Of a DNA stretch of 64,000 nt, positions 1-10,007 are shown piece after piece. The DNA comes from Candidatus Hecatella orcuttiae (GTDB lineage Archaea; Thermoproteota; Bathyarchaeia; Hecatellales; Hecatellaceae), in assembly GCA_002011035.2 (NCBI GenBank), contig MTLY02000003.1, positions 448,001-512,000 on the forward strand, read 5' to 3'. Under the pieces are notes generated by a model that made no database searches, was not told the DNA's origin, and was given only the letters and a program-made list of their open reading frames with translations. The translations under genes were made by a program, and so were the position numbers. Position 1 is the first letter of the stretch, and each line of letters starts with the position of its first letter.

Positions 1-117
1 GCCATGTTAGGCGTTAAGTATGTGGTCTTCGCTCACCCTCAAGACTATTCGCTGAAAACCATCCGGGAGCTGGCGGAGGCTATCCAAAAGCTCACTGGCA
101 GTCGGCAGGTTAAATAG
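1..117 (+). CDS. 3' end of an unidentified gene running in from the window edge
   Basis: Frame 1 is open from base 1 (AMLGVKYVVFAHPQDYSLKTIRELAEAIQKLTGSRQVK) to TAG at 115-117, directly upstream of the co-oriented flavoprotein gene. Confidence 0.5.
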   Translation, partial: AMLGVKYVVFAHPQDYSLKTIRELAEAIQKLTGSRQVK

Positions 118-154
118 CTGAGAACCTCTAAAAAACTAGGAGGGAAGTTTTGCT

Positions 155-688
155 GTGAAGATTGCTTGGGGCATAAGCGGGTCCGGAGATTTTCTCCAAG
201 AAACTATATCGGTCATAAGGGAGCTGGTGAAGAGGAAAGATTTGAAAGTAACCGTCTTCCTGTCCAAGGCAGCTGTCAACGTGGTAAAATGGTACGGCCT
301 ATGGGATGCTTTGCGGGGAATTTCTCCGAATCCCCTCCTTGAAGAAGGACCCAACCAGCCTTTCATCGCAGGAGCTCTTCAGAAAGGAAAATACAAACTC
401 CTCCTAATCGCTCCGGCCACCGCTAATACTGTGGCCAAAGTAGCCCACGGAATCGCTGACTCTCTGGTGACCAACGCTGTTTCCCAAGCTTTAAAGGGGT
501 GTATACCTGTGTTCATTCTGCCTGTAGACCAGAAAGCCGGCACAACTGTCACCGTTCTACCTACTGGAGAGAAACTTGAAATAACCGTTCGAGAAGTGGA
601 TGCGGAGAACGTGGAGAAACTCCGATGTATGAAAGGCCTGACGGTGCTGCGAAGACCTGAAGAGCTCTTAGAGCTGATTGAAAAATAA
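155..688 (+). CDS. afpA: archaeoflavoprotein AfpA-like (HFCD flavoprotein family; dihydromethanopterin-reductase-related)
   Basis: KIAWGISGSG, APATANTVAKVAHGIADSLVTNA and ILPVDQ motifs; SD-like GGAGG upstream. Confidence 0.8.
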   Translation: MKIAWGISGSGDFLQETISVIRELVKRKDLKVTVFLSKAAVNVVKWYGLWDALRGISPNPLLEEGPNQPFIAGALQKGKYKLLLIAPATANTVAKVAHGIADSLVTNAVSQALKGCIPVFILPVDQKAGTTVTVLPTGEKLEITVREVDAENVEKLRCMKGLTVLRRPEELLELIEK

Positions 689-875
689 GCAGCTGACCGC
701 GAATCATGAACGCTAAAAGAGGCGTTTTTCCGGAAGTCGCAAACCAAAGCAGCCTTTGGGAGACGGTGATTCGCAGTTTTCCATAAACATATTGTGGGCG
801 TGATGTAGGTGAGAATTAAATATGGGTGGGAGTATAAATATGCCGCCCTTTTTAAAATAATTTGGGAGTTCGGCT

Positions 876-1637
876 ATGAGCGAAGCGGCGTACAGTAAAA
901 CTGTTCAGCCTAAAGTCACCGTCATATTTACCGCTAGGAACGAGGAAGCTACCATCGGAAAATGTGTTGAGGCTGTTAAGAAAAGCAAGTACAAGCCAGC
1001 CGTCTTGGTGGTGGACGGTTACTCCACTGACAATACTATCCAAGCTGCGAAAAAAGCCGGAGCTAAAGTCGTGCTCCAGGAAAGGCGGGTTTACCCCGGT
1101 AAAGGGGTTGCTATGAAGACAGGGATCAAGACCGCTCTCAAAGACGGCGCTGACATCATTGTGTTCTTGGACGCGGACATTGAAAACTTGGACAGCAGCT
1201 GGCTTGATAAGCTGGTTGATACTCTTCTCGTTGAAAGATACGACATGGTCAGAGGCGCCTACTTCCGAGCTCTGAGGGATGCCCCCGTGACCAAGCTCGT
1301 GGCTAAGAGGCTTATACATATTTTCTTCCCTGAGCTGGAGCACTACGAGCAGCCTCTGACAGGCGAGGTTGCAGCGAAGGCGGAAGTTTGGAGAAAAGTG
1401 CTGGAGCAAGACCTTCCAGACGGATGGGGCATTGACATAGCCATCTTGTTGGAATGCGCCATGCACGGCTTCAGCATCCGGGAGGTTCACTTAGGCTTCA
1501 AAGAACACCGATCCTATCGCCAATACTGCGAAGACGTATCCAAGCTTGGGAAGATGAGCGAACAGGTTGCTGTGACCATTCTGCTGGCTGCCAGAAAATA
1601 CAACAGAATCGACAACCTAGATGAAATTCACCCGTAG
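876..1637 (+). CDS. GT2/GT81 glycosyltransferase, glucosyl-3-phosphoglycerate synthase-like
   Basis: ARNEE, VDGYSTDNT, GKG, FLDADI (DxD), QPLTGE motifs. Confidence 0.7.
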   Translation: MSEAAYSKTVQPKVTVIFTARNEEATIGKCVEAVKKSKYKPAVLVVDGYSTDNTIQAAKKAGAKVVLQERRVYPGKGVAMKTGIKTALKDGADIIVFLDADIENLDSSWLDKLVDTLLVERYDMVRGAYFRALRDAPVTKLVAKRLIHIFFPELEHYEQPLTGEVAAKAEVWRKVLEQDLPDGWGIDIAILLECAMHGFSIREVHLGFKEHRSYRQYCEDVSKLGKMSEQVAVTILLAARKYNRIDNLDEIHP

Positions 1638-1710
1638 GATAAAAGGACGTATCCCTGCATAAACCGTCCTAGGGAACAAATATCTTTTGAAGGTTAAAAT
1701 CTAAAAAAAT

Positions 1711-2997
1711 CTAATCTTTCACCTTTTCAAACTCGTCGAGACGGCAAAGCGCCTCTTCCACGCTGGAAACAGTTGTGGCTCCCCCGTTCTTCAGCTCCCT
1801 CCAGAGTTCCTCCGCCTTCCCACCCGTGAAGTCTCTTTCCTTGATGGGTGTGTCCTCAATCATTATTATGAGCTTCCCATGTTCCAGAGCCCATTTCACC
1901 GCTTCTAGATTTTTCATATTGGCGTAGCCGAAGGGGACATCGGTTAAGACGACGACGTCAGCCTTCTCCACCATCTCTAAATTAGCCGCTTGGGCCTTCT
2001 CGGTTATGGGGGAAAAGGGCGCCTCTCCCACCACTGGAACTTTCAACATGTCAGCTACTTCATGGTCGCTGTCCAAAAGGTTGAGGACGCCTGCGGTGAC
2101 GTTAAACCTGTGGTCCACTAGGGAGTTGAGTAGCGAAACCCCGGAGCCGCCTCCGCAGATGACGTGAACCTTCAACCTTCTAGGCTGTTTAGCTTCAGGT
2201 CTGGAGGTGGAAACAGGCATCACGTAAATGGAGCCTGTTACAGGGTGAGTTTGAACGAGGACGTTGACTCCGTAGACTTTCTTGATGTTCTCACCGGTTA
2301 ACACGTCTTTCATGGAGCCTATGGAGAAAATTTTTCCATCCTTCAGCAAGACGACTGAGTCGCAGTATTTGGCTGCGAGGTTGAAGTCGTGGAACACCGC
2401 CAAGACCACCAGTTTCCTCTGCTGGGAAAGTCTCCTTAACAGATCCATTATCTCTATCTGATGGCAGATGTCCAAGTGGGTTGTAGGCTCGTCGAGGAGG
2501 AGGATTTTAGGCTCCTGAGCCAGAGCCCGCGCTATGATGACCCGCTGCTTTTCCCCGCCGCTTAGCTGGCTGAGAAGTTTATCAGCCAAATGCCATGTGC
2601 TCGTCAACTCCATGGCTTCTCTGGCCACGGCTAGGTCTTGTTCATCCTCAAATTTGAAACGGCTGAGATGGGGATTCCGCCCCATCAAGACTGCTTCCAA
2701 GGCGGTGAAGTCAAAGGCTAGGCTGGTGTCCTGGGGAACCACTGCCATGGTTCTCGCCACTTCCACGTTTTTCAGAGAGTAGACGTCCACCTCGTCCAGG
2801 AAGATGGTTCCAATACGAGGCTTCAGTGTTTTACTGATGGCTCTGAGAAGGGTTGTTTTACCTGAACCGTTGGGGCCTAGGATGCCTACGAAGTCGCCGC
2901 CCTTCACCGAAAAGGTTACGTCCTCGAGGATTTTAACGGAGCCGTAATGGCATGTGACTCCGCTGATATTCAGTGTGACCATGCTTTCAGCCTCCAT
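1711..2997 (-). CDS. btuD: corrinoid/Fe-siderophore ABC transporter ATPase with archaeal C-terminal extension
   Basis: Walker A GPNGSGKT, signature LSGGE, Walker B LLLDEPT; lies in an operon with btuC and btuF. Confidence 0.85.
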   Translation of the reverse strand: MEAESMVTLNISGVTCHYGSVKILEDVTFSVKGGDFVGILGPNGSGKTTLLRAISKTLKPRIGTIFLDEVDVYSLKNVEVARTMAVVPQDTSLAFDFTALEAVLMGRNPHLSRFKFEDEQDLAVAREAMELTSTWHLADKLLSQLSGGEKQRVIIARALAQEPKILLLDEPTTHLDICHQIEIMDLLRRLSQQRKLVVLAVFHDFNLAAKYCDSVVLLKDGKIFSIGSMKDVLTGENIKKVYGVNVLVQTHPVTGSIYVMPVSTSRPEAKQPRRLKVHVICGGGSGVSLLNSLVDHRFNVTAGVLNLLDSDHEVADMLKVPVVGEAPFSPITEKAQAANLEMVEKADVVVLTDVPFGYANMKNLEAVKWALEHGKLIIMIEDTPIKERDFTGGKAEELWRELKNGGATTVSSVEEALCRLDEFEKVKD

Positions 2998-4081
2998 GCC
3001 AGCCGACGACGGTTTTCCTTTTACGGAGGAGGTACAGAAAGAAAGGGCCTCCGAAGAGGGCTGTGATCACGCCCACAGGCAGCTCTGTGGGCTGAATCAC
3101 TGTCCTAGCCGCCGTGTCGGATAGGATTAAGACTATCATGCCGGTGAGTGCTGAGGCGGGTATCAGGAAGCGGTGGTCGGCGCCTACGAGGATCCGGGTT
3201 ATGTGAGGAATGATCAGGCCGACGAAGCCTATGATGCCGCTGAAGGAAACCGCTGTAGCTGTTATCAGGGAGGCGAAAACCAGCATGATTTTCTTCAACT
3301 TTTCCGCTTCCACCCCCAACTGCTGAGCCTGCTCTTCTCCAAGCAGCATGATGTTGAGGTCTCGGGCGAAGATGTAGATTATTAGGATGCCGAAAACAAT
3401 AGGAGGGAAAGCGATCTTCAGATGGTTCCAGTTGGTGGTGGAAAACCCTCCTAGAAGCCAGAAGATCAGGGCGTGAAGAGATTCCCCCGCAGTAATCATG
3501 ACAAAAGAAATAATAGCCGAAAGGAAGCTGCTGACCGCTATCCCCGCCAGCAATAGAGTCAGCATGGGAATCCTCGTCCCGGTCTTGGCAATGTTGTAGA
3601 CGGCGAACACCGTAACAAGAGCCCCGAGAAAAGCTGTGATGGGCACAGCGTACAGAACCCCTAAAACCGTGGTTCCCATGCCGAAGCCTATAGCTAAAGC
3701 AGCGCCCAAACCAGCTCCGGAAGAGATACCTATCACGAAGGGGTCGGCCATGGGGTTGCGGAGCAAACCCTGCAAGACTACCCCTGCTACAGCCAGCGCC
3801 GCCCCCACTAGACCCGCCCCCAACACTCTCGGGAGTCGAGCGTGGAGGACGATGATCCTCTCCACGTCGGAGGGAGGACTCCCTTTAACCAGTCCTCCCA
3901 AGTAGGGTAGCTCCCGGACGATGACTTGGAAAACGTGGGAAAAGGGGATTTTAACAGGTCCTATGGCTGTGGAGAAGATAATGGTCCCTAAGACCGCTAA
4001 AAAAAGGAGGACAGTGGAGATCTTCCACCAAGCAAACCGTTTAAGATAGTCTCGGCCTTCTTTCAACGCTTTTTCAACCAA
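2987..4081 (-). CDS. btuC: corrinoid ABC transporter permease (FecCD family)
   Basis: RLPR, LRNPMADP, GIIGFVGLIIPH, ELPVGVITALFGGPFF motifs; multiple TM helices. Confidence 0.9.
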   Translation of the reverse strand: MVEKALKEGRDYLKRFAWWKISTVLLFLAVLGTIIFSTAIGPVKIPFSHVFQVIVRELPYLGGLVKGSPPSDVERIIVLHARLPRVLGAGLVGAALAVAGVVLQGLLRNPMADPFVIGISSGAGLGAALAIGFGMGTTVLGVLYAVPITAFLGALVTVFAVYNIAKTGTRIPMLTLLLAGIAVSSFLSAIISFVMITAGESLHALIFWLLGGFSTTNWNHLKIAFPPIVFGILIIYIFARDLNIMLLGEEQAQQLGVEAEKLKKIMLVFASLITATAVSFSGIIGFVGLIIPHITRILVGADHRFLIPASALTGMIVLILSDTAARTVIQPTELPVGVITALFGGPFFLYLLRKRKTVVGWHGG

Positions 4082-4141
4082 GACATCTGATGGCAGTGGG
4101 AAGCCCGGCGAAGGCTTGGAAGGCTGCCCTGAACATGTCTT

Positions 4142-4963
4142 TTACATCTTCCCCTCCATTTGGCTTTGTCTCCGCTTCAGAATCTTCAATACTTCTTGAG
4201 CTTTTTTCGGATCATAGGCGAGAAGGGTGCCCTGCGCATAGCGGGATGCCAGAAGAGCGGCCTTGGTAAGGGCTCCTGTCTCCGCTTCTTTGGCGTAGAG
4301 CCCTATGTAGAAAGGTTTCTTCAGCTTCCTCTTGAAGGCGTTGGCTAGAATTTCAACCCAGTAGAGGGTCAGATAAGTTCGGTCGTAGATGGGGACGACG
4401 AAGAAGCTGACATGGCTGGAGAGAAAGTCTAAGTCTAAACCGAACCTTTCAGGATGGAAGGGGTCTGGATAGAGGGTTACTGAGAACTCTTTGTCTGTTA
4501 GATCAGAAGCCTGCGCGACGAATTCGTTTACCACGTGCTGCCGCCATCGAACCCAGTTAAGCCCGCTCTCTCTCCATTTTCTTTTGCACTCTTCGCAGAC
4601 GCAGTATTCTTCTCCCGGAAAACCCAAGCAGTCGAGGTGGATGCCCTCTACCTCTTCGCTGGAAGTTTGCGCGATCAGCTTCAAAAGATAGGAGCGATAT
4701 TTCTCCCTACTCGGGCATATCCAGTCGCAGTAAAACCAGCCTTGCCCCTCTTTCCTTGTAGCCTTCCTTTCCTTGGAGAGGCATATCCATTCAGCGTTTT
4801 CCCGGGCCGTTTTATTGTCGCCGAAGCAGCTTATGACGTTATGCGAACGGGGAACAGGCTTGCTGACTCTGCCAGTCACGTTTTTAACATAATGGAAGTA
4901 GATGTCTCCTCCGTCAGGCCAAGCCGGCTCATCCAGCACTATTCCGATCTTTTTGCCTTCCAA
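4142..4963 (-). CDS. uncharacterised Cys-containing TIM-barrel-like (glycoside-hydrolase-like) protein
   Basis: GIHLDCLGFP and YCVCEEC segments; TTG at 4963 follows an AGGAG SD and avoids overlap with btuF (ORF track start 5044 overlaps it). Confidence 0.6.
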   Translation of the reverse strand: MEGKKIGIVLDEPAWPDGGDIYFHYVKNVTGRVSKPVPRSHNVISCFGDNKTARENAEWICLSKERKATRKEGQGWFYCDWICPSREKYRSYLLKLIAQTSSEEVEGIHLDCLGFPGEEYCVCEECKRKWRESGLNWVRWRQHVVNEFVAQASDLTDKEFSVTLYPDPFHPERFGLDLDFLSSHVSFFVVPIYDRTYLTLYWVEILANAFKRKLKKPFYIGLYAKEAETGALTKAALLASRYAQGTLLAYDPKKAQEVLKILKRRQSQMEGKM

Positions 4964-4991
4964 TTTCAACTCCTTCTGGCCACTTAGACGC

Positions 4992-5939
4992 TTACTGCTC
5001 AAACAATTCGGGGTGAATGGCTTTAGCCAAGGCTTCCAGCCCATTCACGATCCTTGGGCCCGGCCTGCTGAGAAGGTCGGGGTGAATCTGATATATCCTG
5101 TCGTTTTTCACAGCTTCTATTTCACTCCACCCGGGTCTGGCTTTAAGCTCCTCAGGCGACACCCCCGGCATGGGAGCGTCTGGAGGCGTGATGATGATCA
5201 CGTCGGGATTTCTGCTCAGCACTGTTTCCAAGCTGACTTCCGGATACTTGGTCGCGGCGTCTTCGAAGATGTTAACTCCTCCCGCCAGTTCGATGAGGCT
5301 GTGGGCGAAGGAGCCGGGCCCGGCGCTCATCAGAGGGTCATGCCAAACCTCATAGTAAACCTTCGGCCTCTCTTCTCTGGGTATAGCCTCTGTCTTCTCG
5401 GTTATGGCTGCGATCCTCTGCCTCAGCTCTTCCACAAGCTTCTCAGCAGCCTCCTCTCTCCCCGTGGCTTCTCCAACCAAAATTATGTCGTTCAGTATGT
5501 CTTCCATATCCTGCGGCGACAAGGCTATGACCGTTATGCCCAACTCCTCCAGCCGTTCTACAAATTTCTCCTGAACTCCCCCTGTAGCCAGCACCAAGTC
5601 CGGCTCTAAGCCTACCACAACTTCGATGTTGATGTTGGCGAAGCCTCCTACCTTTGGCTCTATGTCCGCTGCCTCCGGAGGATAGTCAGAGTAGGTGTCC
5701 ACTCCTACTACTTTATCCCCTAAACCTAGAGCGAAGAGTATCTCCGTGGTGCTCGGCGCCAAGGAGACTATCCTCTCCGGGGGGTAACTGGTCAATGTGA
5801 CTGTTCTCCCAAGGTCGTCGGTGACCGTGACGGGGCCGGAAGGCTGGATGGGCGTGGCATACTGCCAAAAAGCCGCTGCGACGCCTCCCACGATGACGGC
5901 TATGATCACGCCTATGAATAGGATTTTTAGGGAAGTCAT
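4992..5939 (-). CDS. btuF: cobalamin-binding protein of ABC transporter
   Basis: N-terminal membrane anchor; VTDDLGR, RIVSLAPSTTEILFALG, RPGPRI motifs; adjacent to cob genes. Confidence 0.9.
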   Translation of the reverse strand: MTSLKILFIGVIIAVIVGGVAAAFWQYATPIQPSGPVTVTDDLGRTVTLTSYPPERIVSLAPSTTEILFALGLGDKVVGVDTYSDYPPEAADIEPKVGGFANINIEVVVGLEPDLVLATGGVQEKFVERLEELGITVIALSPQDMEDILNDIILVGEATGREEAAEKLVEELRQRIAAITEKTEAIPREERPKVYYEVWHDPLMSAGPGSFAHSLIELAGGVNIFEDAATKYPEVSLETVLSRNPDVIIITPPDAPMPGVSPEELKARPGWSEIEAVKNDRIYQIHPDLLSRPGPRIVNGLEALAKAIHPELFEQ

Positions 5940-5953
5940 GGTTGAATCACTGG

Positions 5954-5970
5954 TTGGATAATCTATCCAA
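5954..5970. promoter_or_regulatory. palindromic operator candidate TTGGATA-N3-TATCCAA in the divergent btuF/cobD promoter
   Basis: Perfect 7-bp inverted repeat between the TTTATAAA box (~5974-5981) and the btuF ATG. Confidence 0.6.
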
Positions 5971-6017
5971 GACTTTATAAACCTAAATATATAAAATTTT
6001 TCTGGAAGGTAGTATCA

Positions 6018-7139
6018 TTGAAGCCTCCCTCCGAAGTAGCAAGTCTGAAACCCTGTGTGCACGGTGGAGAAATTTTTCAGGTAGCAGAGAAATACGGCCT
6101 AGACCCTAGGGAGCTCCTGGATTTCAGCGCCAACATAAACCCCTTAGGGCCTCCGCCTGAGGCCCTTGAAGCTGTTAAAGCCAGCCTGTGGGAGGTTTCC
6201 CTCTATCCTGAAACAGATTCCGCGGCGCTTCGAAGGGCCCTAGCCCAGCATGTGGGCGGCCTGACCTCCGAAAACGTCATCTTAGGCAATGGTTCCACGG
6301 AGCTTATCCACCTTTTCGCTCAAGTTTTTCTGAGAAAAGGCAGCAGAGCGGTTATCCCCTCTCCTACCTTTGGGGAGTATGAAGCCGCTGTCCTGAAGGC
6401 TGGAGGTAAACCCGTTTTCGTAGAAGCGGGGGAAGATTTTTCTTTCCAAGTCGACAAGATTTTGGGGAAGGTGGATTCCCGAACTGTTATGGTTTTTTTG
6501 TGCAACCCCAACAACCCTACCGGAGCCCTCATGCCTGCGGAAGAGTTGATAAGCCTCATCGAAAAAGCGGAGGAGAAGGGCATCCTAGTCTTCTTGGATG
6601 AAGACTGCATGGATTTCGTGGAAGACGGGAAGCGTTTCTCCCTGTCAGGGAATGTGGAAAAACATCCTAACCTCTTCACTTTAAGGTCCTTCACCAAGTT
6701 CTACGGTATGCCCGGCCTTCGAATAGGCTACGGGTTTGCCTCCAAAAAAATCATCGAACCCATGTTGGGGTTGAAGATACCTTGGAACGTTAACTGCTTA
6801 GCTCAAGCCGCAGCTCTTCAAGCTTTAAAGGCTCAAGATTACCCGCGGAAGACTAGGGAGCTCATTCAAAAAGAAAGACTTTTTCTGATGGAGGAGCTTA
6901 AAGGTTTCAACAACCTGAGAGTCTACCCCACGGAAGCCAACTTCATTCTCATCGACATAGAGGGCTCAGGTTTAACAGCAGCGCAGCTTAAAGAAAAAAT
7001 GTTGAGACAAGGTATCCTGATCAGGGACTGCAGCTCCTTCCGAGGTTTAAGCAGCCGCCACGTTCGAGTGGCGGTGAGAAGTCGGAGGGAAAACCTGAGG
7101 CTGCTGGAAGCCCTCCGAAAGGTGTTGAAAAACCCATGA
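6018..7139 (+). CDS. cobD: L-threonine-O-3-phosphate decarboxylase
   Basis: HGG, LDFSANINPLG, CNPNNPTG, RSFTKFYGMPGLRIGY (PLP lysine); cob context. Confidence 0.88.
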   Translation: MKPPSEVASLKPCVHGGEIFQVAEKYGLDPRELLDFSANINPLGPPPEALEAVKASLWEVSLYPETDSAALRRALAQHVGGLTSENVILGNGSTELIHLFAQVFLRKGSRAVIPSPTFGEYEAAVLKAGGKPVFVEAGEDFSFQVDKILGKVDSRTVMVFLCNPNNPTGALMPAEELISLIEKAEEKGILVFLDEDCMDFVEDGKRFSLSGNVEKHPNLFTLRSFTKFYGMPGLRIGYGFASKKIIEPMLGLKIPWNVNCLAQAAALQALKAQDYPRKTRELIQKERLFLMEELKGFNNLRVYPTEANFILIDIEGSGLTAAQLKEKMLRQGILIRDCSSFRGLSSRHVRVAVRSRRENLRLLEALRKVLKNP

Positions 7140-7489
7140 GGCCTATGGGCAGGGATTACGTGGAAGAAACCATCCGGTCAGGGAAGCTCAGAGGCCCTGA
7201 CAGGACCTGCCCCTATTATCCCTGCCACAGGGAAGGCCATGACTGCACATGGTGTTTCTGTCCCTTCTACCCCTGCTTGGACGAGTCCAAGGGAGGCCTA
7301 TGGGTGAAAAATAGCCAGACAGGGAAAACCGTCTGGAGCTGCAAAGGCTGCGAATGGATTCATGAGCCTAAAATCGCTGAACGAGTGCTCGCCGAGCTGT
7401 TAAAGGTGAGAAACAAGCCCGGGGCCCCCAACCGCAGCCAGCTGCTTCGAATTTTAAGGCGAATCTCAGAGGAGGATCGGGGAAAATGA
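7136..7489 (+). CDS. cysteine-rich small domain (zf-like) protein associated with cobalamin genes
   Basis: CPYYPCH...CTWCFCPFYPC...WSCKGCEWIH; ATGA overlaps with both neighbours. Confidence 0.8.
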   Translation: MRPMGRDYVEETIRSGKLRGPDRTCPYYPCHREGHDCTWCFCPFYPCLDESKGGLWVKNSQTGKTVWSCKGCEWIHEPKIAERVLAELLKVRNKPGAPNRSQLLRILRRISEEDRGK

Positions 7490-9033
7490 AGGCCAAAACG
7501 TTGATGGTTCAAGGAACTTCCTCCCACTGCGGTAAAACCTTGCTGGTCGCCGCTTTCTGCAGGATCTTTTCCGACGCCGGCTATAGGGTGGCACCCTTCA
7601 AAGCTCAGAACATGTCCCTGAACTCCTTTGTCACCGAGGACGGAGCTGAAATCGCTCGGGCTCAGGCACTCCAAGCCTTCGCCGGCGAGGTTAAACCCTC
7701 CGCGGACATGAACCCCATCCTGCTCAAGCCCAAAGGCGACATGACCTCTCAGATAGTCTTCCACGGCAAGCCCTACAGGGATATGGGGGTTGAAGAATAC
7801 TACAGGGATTTCGCCCTCACCAAAGGCTGGGAAGGCGTCCAAGCCTCCTTCAACCGGCTGGCTTCTGAATACGATTTGGTTCTCATCGAAGGGGCGGGGA
7901 GCCCTGCGGAGATTAACCTCTACGAAGTGGACATCGCCAACATGCGCACCGCGGAGGCCGTGGGAGCGCCTGTCCTGCTGGTTGCCGACATCGACCGAGG
8001 CGGCGTCTTCGCCAACTTGGTAGGCACCATGGAGCTTCTTAAGCCTCGCCACCGGAAACTGGTCAGAGGCTTCATCATCAACAAGTTCCGAGGCCATCTG
8101 AGCCTCTTGGAGAAAGGCCTGAAGCAGCTGGAAGCCCTCACAGGGAAGCCTGTGCTGGGGGTTCTCCCTTACATCCCCGGCCTGCTGCTGCCGGGGGAAG
8201 ACTCCGTTTCCCTAGAAGAAACCCGCCCTTCAGCTTCCCCAGTGTTGGACATCGCCGTCATCAGGCTGCCTAGGATATCCAACTTCACCGACTTCGACCC
8301 TCTCCAACTGGAGCCGGGGGTTCAGGTTCGCTACGTGGAATGCGCTGAGGCCTTGGGTAAGCCTGACGCCATCATTCTCCCGGGGACGAAGAACACCGTT
8401 CAAGACCTCCTCTGGCTGCGAAGCTCCGGGTTAGCCGCTGAGATCATTCGAAGGGCGTTGGAGGACCATACCCCTATCCTAGGAATCTGCGGAGGCTACC
8501 AGATGCTGGGAAAACGCGTCGTCGACGAAAAAGGAATCGAAGGCGGGTCTTCCACATGCGTGGAAGGTTTAGGCCTCTTGGACGTGGTCACCGAGTTCGG
8601 AGCGTACGCTAAGACAACCCGGCAGGTTTCGGCTCAGGTGGTGGGAGACGGCCCTCTGCTGGGGGCGGTTAAGGGTGAAAGCTTTTCCGGATACGAAATC
8701 CACATGGGCACCACCCATCTGGGGAAAGACGTTCAGCCGGCTTTCCGAATAACCCGGTTGGGTAAAAAGCCTGCGCGAAGGCTGGAAGGCGTCACCGACA
8801 GGCGGGGGCTAGTCATCGGAACCTACATCCACGGCCTTTTCGACGCGCCCCCCATCCGGAAAGCCTTCCTCACCTATCTATCCTCCCGGAAAGGCGCTGT
8901 CTTCAACCGGTTTAGGGGAAGCGTCTGGAAAGCTTGGCAGCGGGACCTAGAAAAGCTAGCCCAAACCGTTAAAAACCATGTGGACATGGACAAAGTCTGC
9001 GAAATAGTGGGACTGCCTCCCCTCGGCGGCTGA
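7486..9033 (+). CDS. cobQ: adenosylcobyric acid synthase (CbiP/CobQ)
   Basis: QGTSSHCGKT, PFKAQNMSLNS, EGAGSPAEINL, GICGGYQMLG, GTYIHG. Confidence 0.95.
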   Translation: MKAKTLMVQGTSSHCGKTLLVAAFCRIFSDAGYRVAPFKAQNMSLNSFVTEDGAEIARAQALQAFAGEVKPSADMNPILLKPKGDMTSQIVFHGKPYRDMGVEEYYRDFALTKGWEGVQASFNRLASEYDLVLIEGAGSPAEINLYEVDIANMRTAEAVGAPVLLVADIDRGGVFANLVGTMELLKPRHRKLVRGFIINKFRGHLSLLEKGLKQLEALTGKPVLGVLPYIPGLLLPGEDSVSLEETRPSASPVLDIAVIRLPRISNFTDFDPLQLEPGVQVRYVECAEALGKPDAIILPGTKNTVQDLLWLRSSGLAAEIIRRALEDHTPILGICGGYQMLGKRVVDEKGIEGGSSTCVEGLGLLDVVTEFGAYAKTTRQVSAQVVGDGPLLGAVKGESFSGYEIHMGTTHLGKDVQPAFRITRLGKKPARRLEGVTDRRGLVIGTYIHGLFDAPPIRKAFLTYLSSRKGAVFNRFRGSVWKAWQRDLEKLAQTVKNHVDMDKVCEIVGLPPLGG

Positions 9034-9038
9034 AGAAC

Positions 9039-10007
9039 ATGGCCTCCCCTGGAACTCTACCGTTGGGTGTTCCTCTCGGAATATTAGCCTTAGCCCTACT
9101 GGTCGACTACGTGTTCGGGGAGCCTCCTGCTAGGTTTCACCCCACTGTTTGGATGGGAAAATTCGCAGCGGCCTTAGAGCCCAAACTGGGAGGTAGAAGT
9201 CCCCGTGTTGAAAAGCTGGGAGGCGTTTTCTTAGCCCTAGCCTGTCCTCTTCTGTTCGCGGTTCCGGTTTTTTTCGCCCTAGCCTTGGCCAAACACCATC
9301 TCGGCTTAGCAGCCTACACGGTGGCGGCGGCTGTCCTCCTCAAACTCACCTTCGCCATCAAAGCCATGGAAGAACATGCCTTTCCCATAGCTGAAGCATT
9401 GAGGCGGAGGAAGCTGGGGGAAGCGAGGCGCTTGGTCTCGCGGATTGTGGGCAGGGATACAGCGGAGCTTAACGAGGAGCAGGTCATATCCGCCGCCGTC
9501 GAGTCGGTGGGAGAAAGCACCGTAGACGGGGTGGTGGCACCTCTGTTCTACTTCGCCCTCCTAGGCGTGCCCGCCGCCGTTGCCTACAGGGCTGTTAACA
9601 CCTTGGATTCGATGGTGGGCTACAGGAACTACAAGTACGCTAACCTAGGCTTTTTTCCCGCCAGGTTGGACGCTTGGGCTAACTGGTGCCCGGCGAGGCT
9701 GACAGGGTTTCTGATGGTCTTAGCCGCCGGGCTTCTGGGGGAGGATTGGCGGAAGGCCTTGGAAACCCTGCGGAGGGACAGAAGCAGAACTCCCAGCATC
9801 AACGCAGGCTGGCCTCTTTCCGCCATGGCTGGAGCCTTGGGTGTTAGGTTGGAGAAGCCGGGCTTCTACGCCCTCGGCGACGGAGCCAGCCCTCTTAAAC
9901 CAGAGCATATTTTCAGGTCTCTCCGCATTATGAAGCTAACCGCCTACCTCTTCATCGGGTTGGTGGTTATCCCCGTTGCTGTGGGAATTATCACAGTCAT
10001 AGGGTGA
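9039..10007 (+). CDS. cbiB: adenosylcobinamide-phosphate synthase
   Basis: HPTVWMG, IVGRDT, NTLDSMVGY, NWCPARL; membrane protein. Confidence 0.93.
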   Translation: MASPGTLPLGVPLGILALALLVDYVFGEPPARFHPTVWMGKFAAALEPKLGGRSPRVEKLGGVFLALACPLLFAVPVFFALALAKHHLGLAAYTVAAAVLLKLTFAIKAMEEHAFPIAEALRRRKLGEARRLVSRIVGRDTAELNEEQVISAAVESVGESTVDGVVAPLFYFALLGVPAAVAYRAVNTLDSMVGYRNYKYANLGFFPARLDAWANWCPARLTGFLMVLAAGLLGEDWRKALETLRRDRSRTPSINAGWPLSAMAGALGVRLEKPGFYALGDGASPLKPEHIFRSLRIMKLTAYLFIGLVVIPVAVGIITVIG

